Assembly (NCBI GenBank): GCA_963717935.1
Contig: CAVQXP010000004.1
Coordinates: forward strand, 2,016,001 to 2,080,000
From: Candidatus Eiseniibacteriota bacterium
Lineage (GTDB): Bacteria > Eisenbacteria > RBG-16-71-46
Reading direction: 5' to 3'
DNA: 64,000 nt
Positions 49,438-61,766 of the stretch are shown here, piece after piece. Made by a program: the position numbers and the translations under genes. The notes under the pieces are model-generated. The model ran no database searches and was not told the origin of the DNA. It saw only the letters and a list, made by a program, of their open reading frames with translations. How positions within the stretch are numbered: the stretch's first letter is position 1; every line of letters starts with the position of its first letter.

Positions 49438-50273
49438 GTGAGCCTGGCCGCTTCCTTCGAGCGTCTGGACCGCCGCTGGATCTATCGGCATCATGGCGCT
49501 GCTCGTCCTCCTGCCGCTGCTCTGGCCCCTGAACCTGCCCGCTGGAGCCCTCGCCGCCGGTGCGCGCCTACCACGACGCGATCGCCGCATTGCCTCCCGG
49601 CAGCACCGTGCTGATGTCCTGCGACTTCGACCCGGCGTCGCGGCCCGAGCTCGAGCCCATGGCCCGCACGACCCTGCGGCAGCTCTTCCGCAGGCACTGC
49701 AAGGTCGTCGTGGTGGTGCTGTACCCGGGTGGCGCGCGCATCGTGGACGCGATCGTCCAGGACGTGGCGCAGAGAGTGCCGCCAGGTCGACGGCGTCGAC
49801 TACGTCAACCTCGGCTACAAGGCCGGGCAACGAGGCGGTCATGGTGCTCATGGGGCAGAGCATCGCGCAGACCTTCCCGCGCGACCACAACGGCCGCGAC
49901 GTGACGCGCCTGCCCGATCATGCGGTTGCTGCGAAACTACTCCAGCTGCGCCCTGCTGGTGAGCCTCTCCGTGGGCTACCCGGGCACCAAGGAGTACGTG
50001 CAGCAGGTGCAGGGACGCTTCCACATCCCCATCATCGCCGGCGTGACCGCGGTGTCCGCGCCGCACGCTCTACCCGTACCTGCAGAGCGGGCAGTTGCGC
50101 GGGCTGCTCGGCGGCATGGCCGGGGCTGCCGAGTACGAGGACCTGCGTTACGAGCGCGGCATGGCATCGCGGGGCATGGACGCGCAGTCGCTCGCGCACA
50201 TGTTCATCGCGCTGTGCATCGTGCTCGGCAACGTGGCGCAGTGGGAGCGCAAGCGGAAGGAGACGCGCGATGA
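49438..50273 (+). CDS. Conserved hypothetical membrane-anchored protein (several apparent frameshifts)
   Basis: LDRRWIY + TM; DFDP.S.PEL.PM; DYVNLGY; TAVSAP..YPY..SGQ..GLLGGM.GAAEYE; GMDAQS.AH + C-terminal TM. Confidence 0.72.
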
Positions 50274-50947
50274 GCCCGCACCCGAGTCCCGACCCTGCGG
50301 CGTGTGGGTGGCGGCCGCGCTCACGCTCTGCGTCTTCAGCTTCCTCTACCGGGAGAATCCGTTCTATCGCTTCGCCGAGCACCTGTTCGTGGGCGTCTCG
50401 GCCGGGTACTACATCGTTCTGAACTTCTGGACCGTGCTCGTGGCGAACCTCTGGGATCCGCTCGTCGCCGCGTTCGACGGCCGGCAGGGCTCGCCGTTCG
50501 CCGCGCACCTCGGGGACTACCGCGCGTTCCTGCTGCTGCCCGCCCTGCTCGGCTTGCTGCTGTTCTCGCGCTTCCTGCCGCGCTACGCCTGGATGGCGCG
50601 CTGGTCGCTGGCGGTCATCATCGGGGTCTACGCCGGCCTCAAGACCACGGGCTTCGCCCAGGGCGACTTCGTGGCGCAGGTCCACGGCAGCATCCAGCCG
50701 CTCTGGACCGGCCACTGGGGCTCGAGCGTGAACGCGTGGATCTTCACCATCGGGCTCGTGACGTCGCTGCTCTTCTTCTACTTCAGCCGCGAGCAGAAGG
50801 GGGCGCTGGGCTCGGCTTCGCGTCGTCGGCGTCTTCTTCCTGATGGTCTCCTTCGGCGCGGGCTACGGCTACACGGTGATGTCCCGCATCTCGCTCCTCA
50901 TCGGGCGCTTCCAGTTCCTGCTGTTCGACTGGCTGGGCCTGCGCTGA
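50270..50947 (+). CDS. Conserved hypothetical multi-pass membrane protein (apparent frameshifts)
   Basis: LTLCVFSFLYRENPFYRFAEHLFVGVSAGY; FFYFSRE; FLMVSFGAGYGYTVMSRISLLIGR.QFL..DWL-stop. Confidence 0.75.
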
Positions 50948-50966
50948 GCGCCGACCTCCGCCCGCG

Positions 50967-51756
50967 ATGATCCTCTGGTGCGACGGGGGCCACGATCCCG
51001 CCGAGAACATGCGGCGTGACACGGCACTCCTCGAGGCCGCAGCCGCGGGGGCAGAGCCGGTCCTGCAGGCTCTTCACGCTTCGTCCCCCCGGGCATCACC
51101 CTGGGCCGCGCGCAGGATCCCGGGCGCGAGCTCGACCTCGACCGGTGCCGCGCAGCCGGGGTCCCCTGGGCCGTGCGTCCCACCGGAGGCCGCGCCATCT
51201 ACCACGACGAGGAGTGGACCTACTCGCTGGCCGCCGCGGCTGGCCGACCCATCGTGGGGCGGCGGGCTGGAGGCGGCGTACGGAAAGGCCTCCGGCCTCC
51301 TGGTGGCCTCGCTCACGCGCCTGGGCGTGCCCGCCACGCTCACGCCCGGGGCGGCGCGCGGCGGACCTCGCGCCGCGCTCCGCCCGGGGCGCCGCAGCAC
51401 CGTGCTTCGCCTCGACGGCGCGCCACGAGATCGTGCTGGAGAGCGGCAAGCTCGTGGGCAGCGCGCAGCGGCGGACGGCGCGGGCATTGTTGCAGCAGGG
51501 AAGCGTGCTGCTCGGCCCCGCCCACCTGAGGCTGGCGGACTTCCTCGCGATCCCGGATTGCGCGCGGGAGCGCGTGCGCGCCGGCCTCGATCAGGCCTCG
51601 GCGCACGCCGGTCCGTGGCTGGGGCCACGGCCGCCGCTCGCGCGCTGGGCGGACGCCTTGCAGCCGGACCTGCCCGCGGGCACCCGCCGGATCGACGGCG
51701 AGAGCGGGCTGGCCTTGACGGGCGCCGGCATCCCGACACCGTCCCTGCTCGGTTGA
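50967..51756 (+). CDS. Lipoate-protein ligase / octanoyltransferase (LplA/LipM family; apparent frameshifts)
   Basis: ENM..D..LL, ITLGR.Q, RPTGGRAIYH..EWTYS, CF......EI....KLVGSAQRR, LLQQGS. Confidence 0.85.
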
Positions 51757-51825
51757 CCCCCGACCCGGAGCGGTCGGATACTCGGGTTGCCTCACGCGCT
51801 CCCGCTCCTCCTGGAGGGCAGGAAG

Positions 51826-53614
51826 ATGGCCCACCGGCATGCGATCCGGATGGGACTGGCCGCGGCGCTCGTCGTGAGCTGCGGTGGCCGCTCCGGCCTG
51901 CGCCCAGCCCCTGCGCACCCCCATGCGCGAGGCGGGCGTCCCCGGGCGGCCGCTTCGTGATCGGCGTGACCAACGACGCCAGGACCTTCAATCCGATCAT
52001 GTCGAACGAGACCAACTCGAGCGACGGTGAGCGACCGGCTCTTCACGGCGCTGACCGAGTTCGACAACATCGCGCAGAAGCCGTCCCCGGCGCTCGCCCG
52101 GAGCTGGGAGGTGAGCCGCGGACGGGCTCACCTGGACGTGGCACCTGCGGCGGGGCGCGCGGTTCTCCGACGGGCATCCGATCACCGCGGAGGACGTCCT
52201 CTTCAGCTTCGCGGTGGCCTACGATTCGACCCTGCACCAGTCCATCTACGATCTGCTCACGCCGTACGGGCAGAAGCTGCAGGTCTCGGCCCCGGACTCC
52301 TACACCGTCGTGACGCGCGTCGCCCGGCCGCACGCCCTCCTGGTGCCGGCGGTGGGGGCCCTGCGCATCCTTCCCCGGCACGTGCTCGAGCCCGCCTGGC
52401 GGGCAGGCCGCTTCGCCTCGTCCTACGGCGTGACCACGCCCACCCGAGAGCCTGGTGACGAGCGGGCCCTGGAAGCTCAAGCAGTTCGTCCCGCGGGAGA
52501 AGACCGTCCTGACGCGCAACCCGTACTGGTTCGGCGTGGACGCCCGCGGGCGGCGGCTCCCGTACCTGGACGAGCTGGTCTTCCTCGTGGTCCCGGACCA
52601 GAACACCGCGGCCCTCAAGTTCCAGGCCGGCGAGGTCGACGGCATCGACAACGTGAAGGCGGAGGACTACGGGACCTTCGCCCGGAGGCAGACGCGCGGC
52701 GGCTACACGCTCCACGACCTGGGTGCCGCGCTGACGAGCAACTTCTTCTGGTTCAACCTCAATACGGTCAAGCAGCCGGGCGGGCAGGAAGCCGGTGGGC
52801 GCGCCGTTCGCGGACCCGGTCAAGCTACGCCTGGTTCTCCAGCCGCGACTTCCGTCGCGCGGTCTCCATGGCCATCGACCGCGATGCCATCATCCGCAGC
52901 GTCTTCTTCGGCGAGGGCGTGAAGAACTGGTCCCTCATGACCCCGGGCTACCGGCTCGTTCCACGACTGCGCGGTCACGGCCGCCTGCGACTACGACCCG
53001 CCGCGGGCGATGCGCCTGCTCGCCCGGCTCGGCTTCCGCGACCGCGACGGCGACGGCGTGATCGAGGACTCGAAGGGCAACCCCGTGCGCTTCACCCTCA
53101 AGACCAACGCGGGCAACGTGCGCGTCCAGATGGCCAACTTCGTGCGGGACGACCTGGCCCGGGTCGGCATCCAGTGCAGCGTGGCCGCGGTCGACTTCAA
53201 CACCTGATCGACAACATGCGCGAGGACTTCGACTACGACGCCATCCTGGCCGGCCTGGGCGCCGCGGTCCCGCCCGACCCGGCGATGTGCGGCAACTTCT
53301 ACCGCTCCAGCGGGCTCTCGCACTTCTGGAACGTCCGGCAGAGCGCGCCCGGAGACCGCCGGCAGAGGCTCGGCTCGACTGCCCTCTTCGGCGAGCTGCT
53401 CCTGCCCGCGCACTTGTCCGACCCGCCGGCAGCCTGAGCGCGCAGCATGGACCGGATCCTGGACGATCGAGTGCTGGCTCATCTGGCTGCCGACCATGAA
53501 GGTCAGAGCTGCCGGTGCGCGAACCGCTTCGGGAACGTGCACCCCACGATCCTGCCGCACCGCCTGCTCTGGAACATCGAGACGGTGTTCGTCAAGCCAC
53601 GGGGCCGGAGCTAG
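51826..53614 (+). CDS. Peptide/nickel ABC transporter substrate-binding lipoprotein (many apparent frameshifts)
   Basis: Lipobox LVVS-C; TFNP; PALA.SW; FSDGHPITAEDV.FS; SGPWKL; RNPYW; LPYLDE; FRRAVS.AIDR; D.DGDGVIED. Confidence 0.82.
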
Positions 53615-53652
53615 GGCCCGGGCCCTTGCGACCGCGGCCGACGCACCGGAGC

Positions 53653-54631
53653 ATGCGAACCTACGTCCTGCGCAGGCTGCTGCAACTCGATCCCGCTGCT
53701 GCTCGCCGTCGTCGTGCTCACCTTCGCTGCTCCTGAAGCTCGCGCCCGGGCGACTACCTCACGACCCTCGTCGGCGAATCCCCAGGTGCTCGGCCGCGAC
53801 GCTCGAGGCCATGCGGCACCGCTTCGGCCTCGACCGGCCCTGGACCGTGCAGCTCGCTCTCTACCTGAAGAACCTCGTCCTGCGCCTCGACCTCGGCGAG
53901 TCCTTCTCGCGCCACCGCCGGTGTTCGCGGTGCTGCGCGAGGGGCTGCTCGAACACGCTGCTGCTGGCCGCTGGCGGGCGCGCTGGTGACCTGGGGCGCT
54001 GGCCATCCCGCTGGGCGCCTGGGCGGCCGCGCGACAGGGCACCGCCGTGGACCGCACGCTCTCGCTGGTGGCCTTCATCGGTCTCTCGGTGCCGGAGGTG
54101 CTCTCGGGGCTGCTGCTGCTCATGCTCGCCGCGCACACCGGGTGGTTCCCGGTGGGAGGGATGCGCTCGCTCGACTGGGAGATCGCTGCCGCTCGCGGGC
54201 CGGGCGCTGGACGTGCTGCGGCACCTCGCGCTGCCCGGCGCTGGTCGTGGGGCTCGTGCCGCTCGCCGAGCCGCATGCGGCAGATGCGCTGCCAGCCTGC
54301 TCGACGTGCTGCGCCTCGAGTACGTCACGACCGCCCGGGCGAAGGGCCTCGACGAGCGCACGGTGGTGATGAAGCACGCGCTGAGGAACGCCTCAATCCG
54401 CTCATCACGCTCTTCGGCTACACGCTCGGGTCGCTGCTGTCGGGCTCGCTCGTCGCCGAGATCGTCTTCTCGTGGCCCGGCCTGGGACGCGTCACCTACG
54501 AGGCCATCCTGTCGCGCGACCAGTACCTGGTCGTCGGCTCGGTCCTGATGGCCGCGGTGGTGCTGGTGCTCGGCAACCTCGTCGCGGACCTGCTGCTCGC
54601 CGCGGCGGACCCGCGGATCCGCCATGAGTGA
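53653..54631 (+). CDS. Opp/Dpp ABC permease B (apparent frameshifts)
   Basis: MRTYVLRRLL, FGLDRP, DLGESF, EYVTTARAKGL, KHALRN, EIVFSWPGLG, NLVADLL..ADPRIR. Confidence 0.85.
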
Positions 54632-55737
54632 GCCCGCCGCCGGCCGCCGCCACAATCGCCCGGGCGCGTGTTCTGGCGCCAGTTCCGCGCGCAACCCGCT
54701 CGCGCTCACCGGCGGCGCGCTGCTCGCGCTGTTCTACGCGCTCGCGCTCCTCGCGCCCTTCGTCGCCCCCTACCCCCAGGACGAGCTGGACCGCAGCCGC
54801 TTCTACCACCCGCCCGCAGGCGCCGCACTGGCGGGACGCCGGCGGGCCGGCTGCACCTGCGCCCGTTCGTGTACGCGACCGTGCCGGGTCCCGGCATCTT
54901 CGAGTACCGCGAGGACCGTTCACGCCGCTGCCGCTGCGCTTCTTCGTGCGCGGCTCGCCGCTACCGGCTGCTCGGGCTCGTGCCCACCGACCGGCACCTC
55001 TTCGGCGTGGACGCGCCCGGAGCGCGTGAACCTGCTCGGCACCGACCCGGCGGGCCGCGACGAGCTCTCGCGGCTGCTCTTCGGGGCGCGCGTCTCGCTG
55101 ACCGTCGGGCTCGTGGGCATCGCTCATCTCCTTCGCCCTCGGGCTGCTCCTGGGCGGCGTGTCGGGCTACCTCGGCGGCTGGGTGGACGGACTCATCATG
55201 CGCGTCGAGCGAGGTCCTGCTCAGCATCCCCGGGCTCTACCTGATCATCGCCCTGCGCTCGGTGTTCCCGGCCGAGCCTGCCGAGCCGGCAGGTCTACCT
55301 CGCCATCGTGGCCATCCTGGCGCTCATCGGCTGGGCCGGGCTGGCCCGCGTCATCCGCGGCATGGTGCTCTCCATCCGGCGCTCCGACTTCGTGACCGCC
55401 GCCGAGGCCCTGGGCATGAGCCGCATGCGCATCATCGTGCGCCACGTGCTGCCCAACACGCTGTCCTTCGTCATCGTGGCGGCGACGGTCTGGCCGTGCC
55501 GGGCTACATCCTGGGCGAGGTCTTTCTGTCCTTCCTCGGCGTCGGCGTGCAGGAGCCCAGCGCTTCGTGGGGGAACATGCTGCAGCAGGCGCGCAGTCTC
55601 ACCGTGCTCACGGACTTCCCCTGGCTGCTGTACGCTCCCGGCGTGGCGATCTTCCTGACGGTGATGGCCTTCAACTTCCTCGGCGACGGGCTGCGCGACG
55701 CGCTCGACCCGCGCCGGACCGGCGCAGGCAGGGCGGG

Positions 55738-55741
<4 letters not shown>
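54624..55741 (+). CDS. Opp/Dpp ABC permease C (apparent frameshifts)
   Basis: [20 protein letters not shown]...[40 protein letters not shown]. Confidence 0.85.
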
Positions 55742-57798
<2,057 letters not shown>

Positions 57799-58037
57799 CG
57801 CTCCGCCCGTCCCGGCAGGTTCCGTGAGCGGCGCCCGACACCGCCTCCCAGCCGAATTGCGGGTTCCGCCCCATCCGGAGGCCCCGACCCGGGGCTAAAC
57901 CCCCGCGGCCTCCCGGTCGCCCGAACACGATCCATCGGCGCCCCCCCCGCAGCCCACGTCGGGACCCACCGTAACGGATTGCTGCGAGGCGGCATGCGCC
58001 GAGCGCTGCGCGCCCGAGGGCGCAGCCCGGCACACGA

Positions 58038-58052
58038 CGGCACCGCCCTTGC
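58038..58052 (+). promoter_or_regulatory. Possible sigma54 (-24/-12) promoter
   Basis: CGGCAC-N5-TTGC with correct GG/GC spacing, in a 750-bp intergenic region. Confidence 0.35.
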
Positions 58053-58256
58053 GAACAGCTATCCATTGAGGCCGCCGACTCGACGGGGCCAGATGAGCGC
58101 CAGAGGGCGCGAGGTCCCGGGAAGCGGACGCCGACAACCGAATACGGTGTGTTCCCTGTGCGACTCGTGCTTCGCCGCCCCCATGGCTGATCCCCCTATC
58201 GCGAGCGAAGGAGTCTTGAGGACCGGCACACGGTCGATACGGGGAACCAATCTGAA

Positions 58257-58320
58257 GGGCCCTGGCCCGCGGGGACCACGCTTCGACCTCCGCCCGCGCC
58301 GCCAGGGCCCGCCTCTTCTA
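58257..58320 (+). terminator. Long GC-rich hairpin, possible terminator
   Basis: GGGCCCTGGC (58257-58266) / GCCAGGGCCC (58301-58310) with inner CGCGGG/CCCGCG pairing, then CCTCTTCT. Confidence 0.35.
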
Positions 58321-58447
58321 TCGCCGCTCGCGGTTTCGCTCTCCCGGCTCGCCCGCCACCCTTCCCGGCGGGCCCGCGCAGGCCCGCCCACCGGTCATTC
58401 CCGCGCAGCGCCGGTACTTGCGGTCCTCCGCAGAGCTCTGCGACCCG

Positions 58448-58476
58448 TTGACCGCCCCACCCATCCCTGATAGCGT
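58448..58476 (+). promoter_or_regulatory. Putative sigma70 promoter for the BMC operon
   Basis: TTGACC-N17-TAGCGT, about 70 bp upstream of the first BMC gene. Confidence 0.5.
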
Positions 58477-58547
58477 TCCGCCCTCGGAGTGGGTCGAACG
58501 ACGCGCGGGCCGGCCTCTCAGCCCGCCAGGGAGGAGCCTCAGGGCTC

Positions 58548-58862
58548 GTGCCACGTGAAGCGTTCGGTCTGGTCGAGACGCGCGGGCTGGTCCCTGCCAT
58601 CGAGGCCGCCGACGCCATGTGCAAGACGGCCCGGGTCCGCCTGACGCGCTTCGAGATCACGCGCGACGCCCTGGTCACGGTCACCGTTCGCGGTGCGCTC
58701 GCCGAGGTCGAGGCAGCAGTGGCCGCCGGGGCTGCCGCGGCGGCGGGCAAGGGCACGGTGCTCGCGCGCCATGTGATTCCGGCGCCCGAGCGACAACTCG
58801 AAGAACCGATCGCGGGACCCCCGCCGGGTGCGGCGGCCCCCGGGAACGACACAACCCCCTAA
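58548..58862 (+). CDS. BMC shell hexamer (BMC-H), divergent
   Basis: [22 protein letters not shown]...V.VRG...V.AAV.AG...HVIP.P. Confidence 0.9.
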   Translation: MPREAFGLVETRGLVPAIEAADAMCKTARVRLTRFEITRDALVTVTVRGALAEVEAAVAAGAAAAAGKGTVLARHVIPAPERQLEEPIAGPPPGAAAPGNDTTP

Positions 58863-58872
58863 GGAGAGTCCC

Positions 58873-59172
58873 ATGCAGGAAGAGGCTCTGGGCCTGATCG
58901 AGACGCGCGGCTTCGTCGCGATGGTCGAGGCATCCGACGCGATGGTGAAGGCTGCGCGGGTGCAGTTGGTGCACTACGAGAAGATCGGCGGCGGGTACGT
59001 GACCACGATCGTCCGCGGCGACGTGGCCGCGGTGCGCGCGGCCACCGAGGCCGGCTCGGCGGCGGCGGCCAAGGTGGGAGAGGTGGTCTCGGTCCACGTC
59101 ATCCCGCGCCCGCACGCGATGCTCGAGGACGTGCTGCCCATCCGGCGGCCCGAGAGCAGCGGCAAGAAGTAG
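58873..59172 (+). CDS. BMC shell hexamer (BMC-H), canonical EutM/PduA-like
   Basis: [23 protein letters not shown]....EKIGGGYV...[12 protein letters not shown]...[16 protein letters not shown]. Confidence 0.95.
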   Translation: MQEEALGLIETRGFVAMVEASDAMVKAARVQLVHYEKIGGGYVTTIVRGDVAAVRAATEAGSAAAAKVGEVVSVHVIPRPHAMLEDVLPIRRPESSGKK

Positions 59173-59174
59173 CG

Positions 59175-59480
59175 ATGATCCTGGCGCGCGTGCAGGGCAC
59201 CGTGGTCTCGACGCGCAAGGACCACGGGTTGCTGGGCCTGAAGCTCCTTCTCGTCCGCGAGGTGGACGGGCAGTTCAAGCCCGCCGGCAGCCATGTCGTG
59301 GCCGCCGACGCGGTGGGCGCGGGTGAGGGCGAGATCGTCATGGTCGCCGCGGGCTCCTCGGCGCGCCTCACCGAGGTCTCCCGCGACAAGCCGGTGGATG
59401 CGGTCATCGTCGGGATCGTGGATGCCGTCGAGGTGGCCGGGAAGGACGTCTACCTCAAGAGCTCCGGCGTGGCGGGCTGA
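59175..59480 (+). CDS. BMC vertex pentamer (EutN/CcmL, BMC-P)
   Basis: MILARV.GTVVSTRK...L.G.KLLLV...VAAD.VGAG.GE.V....GSSAR...PVDAVIVGIVD. Confidence 0.95.
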   Translation: MILARVQGTVVSTRKDHGLLGLKLLLVREVDGQFKPAGSHVVAADAVGAGEGEIVMVAAGSSARLTEVSRDKPVDAVIVGIVDAVEVAGKDVYLKSSGVAG

Positions 59481-59490
59481 GGCGCTTCCC

Positions 59491-60928
59491 ATGGCGCTCG
59501 ACGAGCAGCGGATCGCCTCCATCGTGACCGAGGTGCTGGAGCGCCTCGAATCCGGGCAGCAGGCGTCCGGCGGGCCTGCGCCGGCGGGAGGGCGGGGCGC
59601 GCTGCTGGGCGTGCATCCCGACCTCGACCGCGCGGTGGACGCCGCGCGCGCGGCCTTCACGGCCTACGACCGGACCCCGCTCGAGACCCGCCGCCGCATC
59701 ATCGCCGCAGCGCGCGAGGCGCTCTCCTCCCAGTACGAGACGCTGGCCGCCCTGGCGGTCGAGGAGAGCGGCCTGGGACGGGTCGAGGACAAGATCCAGA
59801 AGAACCGCCTGGTCACCGAGCGCACGCCGGGGACCGAGGACCTCGAGCCCGTCACCTGGACCGGCGACCACGGCCTGACGCTGATGGAGCGGGCACCCTA
59901 CGGCGTGATCGCCGTCATCACGCCCGTCACGAATCCCAGCGAGACCATCATCAACAATGGCCTTTCGATGATCGCGGGCGGCAATACCGCGGTCTTCTGC
60001 CCGCACCCGTCCGCCCGCAAGGTCTCGATGCCTCACGATCGACCTGATCAATCGAGCGGCCCTGAGCGCGGGGGCCCCGTTGCCGCTGCTGCACACGGTG
60101 GAGCAGCCCAGCATCGAGGTCGCGAAGGCGCTGCTCAACTACCAGGGCATCCGCCTGAACGTCGTGACCGGGGGGCCCGGGGTGGTCAAGGAGGCGCTCG
60201 CGGCCGGCAAGAAGGCCATCACCGCCGGGCCCGGCAACCCGCCCGCCGTGGTGGACGAGACCGCCGACCTCGAGCGGGCTGCGCGCGATCTCGTGGCCGG
60301 GGCGTCCTTCGACAACAACATCATCTGCACCGACGAGAAGGAGGTCGTGGCGGTCGCGCTGATCGCGGACGGGCTCAAGGAGGCGTTCGCGCGCGCCGGG
60401 GCGGTCGTACTGCCGCCGCACCAGACCGAGAAGCTGCGACGGCTGCTGCTCGAGAAGGAGCACGGTCCGCGCCACCACGCCGAGATCAACCGCCGCTACG
60501 TCGGCAAGGACGCGGGGCTCATCCTGCGCGACGCGGGGATCCCGTGCGACCCTCGCGCCCGCCTGGCCGTGTGCGAGGTGGAGGCGGACCATCCCTTCCT
60601 CTGGACCGAGATGATGATGCCCGTCCTGCCTCTGACGCGCGCGCGAACCGTCGACGAGGCCATCGAATTCGCCCTGCTCGTGGAGCAGGGCTATCGCCAC
60701 ACCGCCTCCATGCACTCGCGCAACATCGAAAAGCTCTCGAAGATGGCGCGGCAGTGCGATTGCTCGATCTTCGTGAAGAACGGCCCCAACTACGCCGGCC
60801 TCGGCTTCGGCGGTGAGGGGCCCACGAGCTTCACGATCGCGAGTCCCACGGGAGAGGGCATGACCACCGCACGCAGCTTCACCCGGGTGCGCCGCTGCAC
60901 CCTGGTGGACCATTTCCGGATCGTCTGA
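59491..60928 (+). CDS. CoA-acylating aldehyde dehydrogenase (EutE/PduP family; one apparent frameshift near 60028)
   Basis: EESGLGR.EDK..KN, TPGTEDL, TGDHGLTL.E.APYGVI, P.TNPSET, VTGGPGVV, AGPGNPP.VVDETAD, SFDNNIIC..EK (catalytic Cys), SPTGEG.T. Confidence 0.93.
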
Positions 60929-61476
60929 TGCACGTCGCCATCGCCGCCGTCGAGACCAGCAGCATCGCCCAGGGAACGGTCGCGGCTGACGCCATCCTGA
61001 AGACCGCCGAAGTGGAGATCCTCGAGCTCGGGCCGCTCTCGCCGGGGAAGTTCTGGATCCTGATCGGCGGGGAGGTCGCGACCGTCCGGGCCTCCTTCCA
61101 ACGCGGCCTCGAGGTCGCGGGCGAGACCCTGCTCGACTCGCTCTTCATCCCGCAGCTCCACGAGCTGGTGATCCCGGCCCTGAGGGGCACGTGTCCACCC
61201 CGGGACCATGACGCCCTGGGCGTCATCGAGACCCTGACGGCCGCCTCCGCCATCGTCGCGGCCGACCGTGCCGCCAAGGCGGCCGAGGTCGTGCTGCGCG
61301 ACCTCAGACTCTCGAACGGCCTCGGAGGCAAGGGCGTGCTGTGGTTGAGCGGGGCGGTGGGCGACGTCCAGGCCGCCGTCGAGGCCGGGCGGGCGGAGGC
61401 GCTCCAGAAGGGCCTGCTGGCCCGCTCGGTCGTGATCCCCAGGCTGCATCCGCAGCTGAAGGCGAGGCTCTTCTAG
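60928..61476 (+). CDS. BMC tandem-domain shell protein (BMC-T, PduT-like)
   Basis: Two BMC domains: E..SIA.G..AADAILK.A.V...PGKF and ALGVIET....AI.AAD.A.KAA.V...GLGGKG...VIPR.H. Confidence 0.92.
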   Translation: MHVAIAAVETSSIAQGTVAADAILKTAEVEILELGPLSPGKFWILIGGEVATVRASFQRGLEVAGETLLDSLFIPQLHELVIPALRGTCPPRDHDALGVIETLTAASAIVAADRAAKAAEVVLRDLRLSNGLGGKGVLWLSGAVGDVQAAVEAGRAEALQKGLLARSVVIPRLHPQLKARLF

Positions 61477-61766
61477 TGTTCTTCGCGCGCGTCGTCGGGA
61501 CCGTGGTCTGCTCGACGCGCGTCCCCGCCTGGACCGGCCAGCGCACGCTGCTGCTGCAGCCCACCGATCCCGAGGGCAATGACCAGGGCCGCTGGGTGGT
61601 GGCGGTGGACCTGGTGTCCGCGGCGCAGGGCCAGCGGGTCTTCTACGTTCGCGGACGCGAGGCCGCGAACGCACTCGCGGACCCGGACAACCCGGCCGAC
61701 GCCGCCATCGTGGGCATCGTGGACGAGGTCCGGGCGCGCGCCTGGACCACCCCCGGAGATGCTTGA
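61476..61766 (+). CDS. BMC vertex pentamer (EutN/CcmL, BMC-P) 2
   Basis: MFFARVVGTVV.S.R...G...LLLQP...VAVD.V.A..GQ.V.Y..GREA...DAAIVGIVD. Confidence 0.92.
   Translation: MFFARVVGTVVCSTRVPAWTGQRTLLLQPTDPEGNDQGRWVVAVDLVSAAQGQRVFYVRGREAANALADPDNPADAAIVGIVDEVRARAWTTPGDA

Noticed and set aside
57979..58470. 163-aa ORF containing CSLCDSC in the pre-BMC gap
   Set aside because: Atypical composition, no family motif, and it overlaps promoter-like and hairpin elements; not supported as a CDS.
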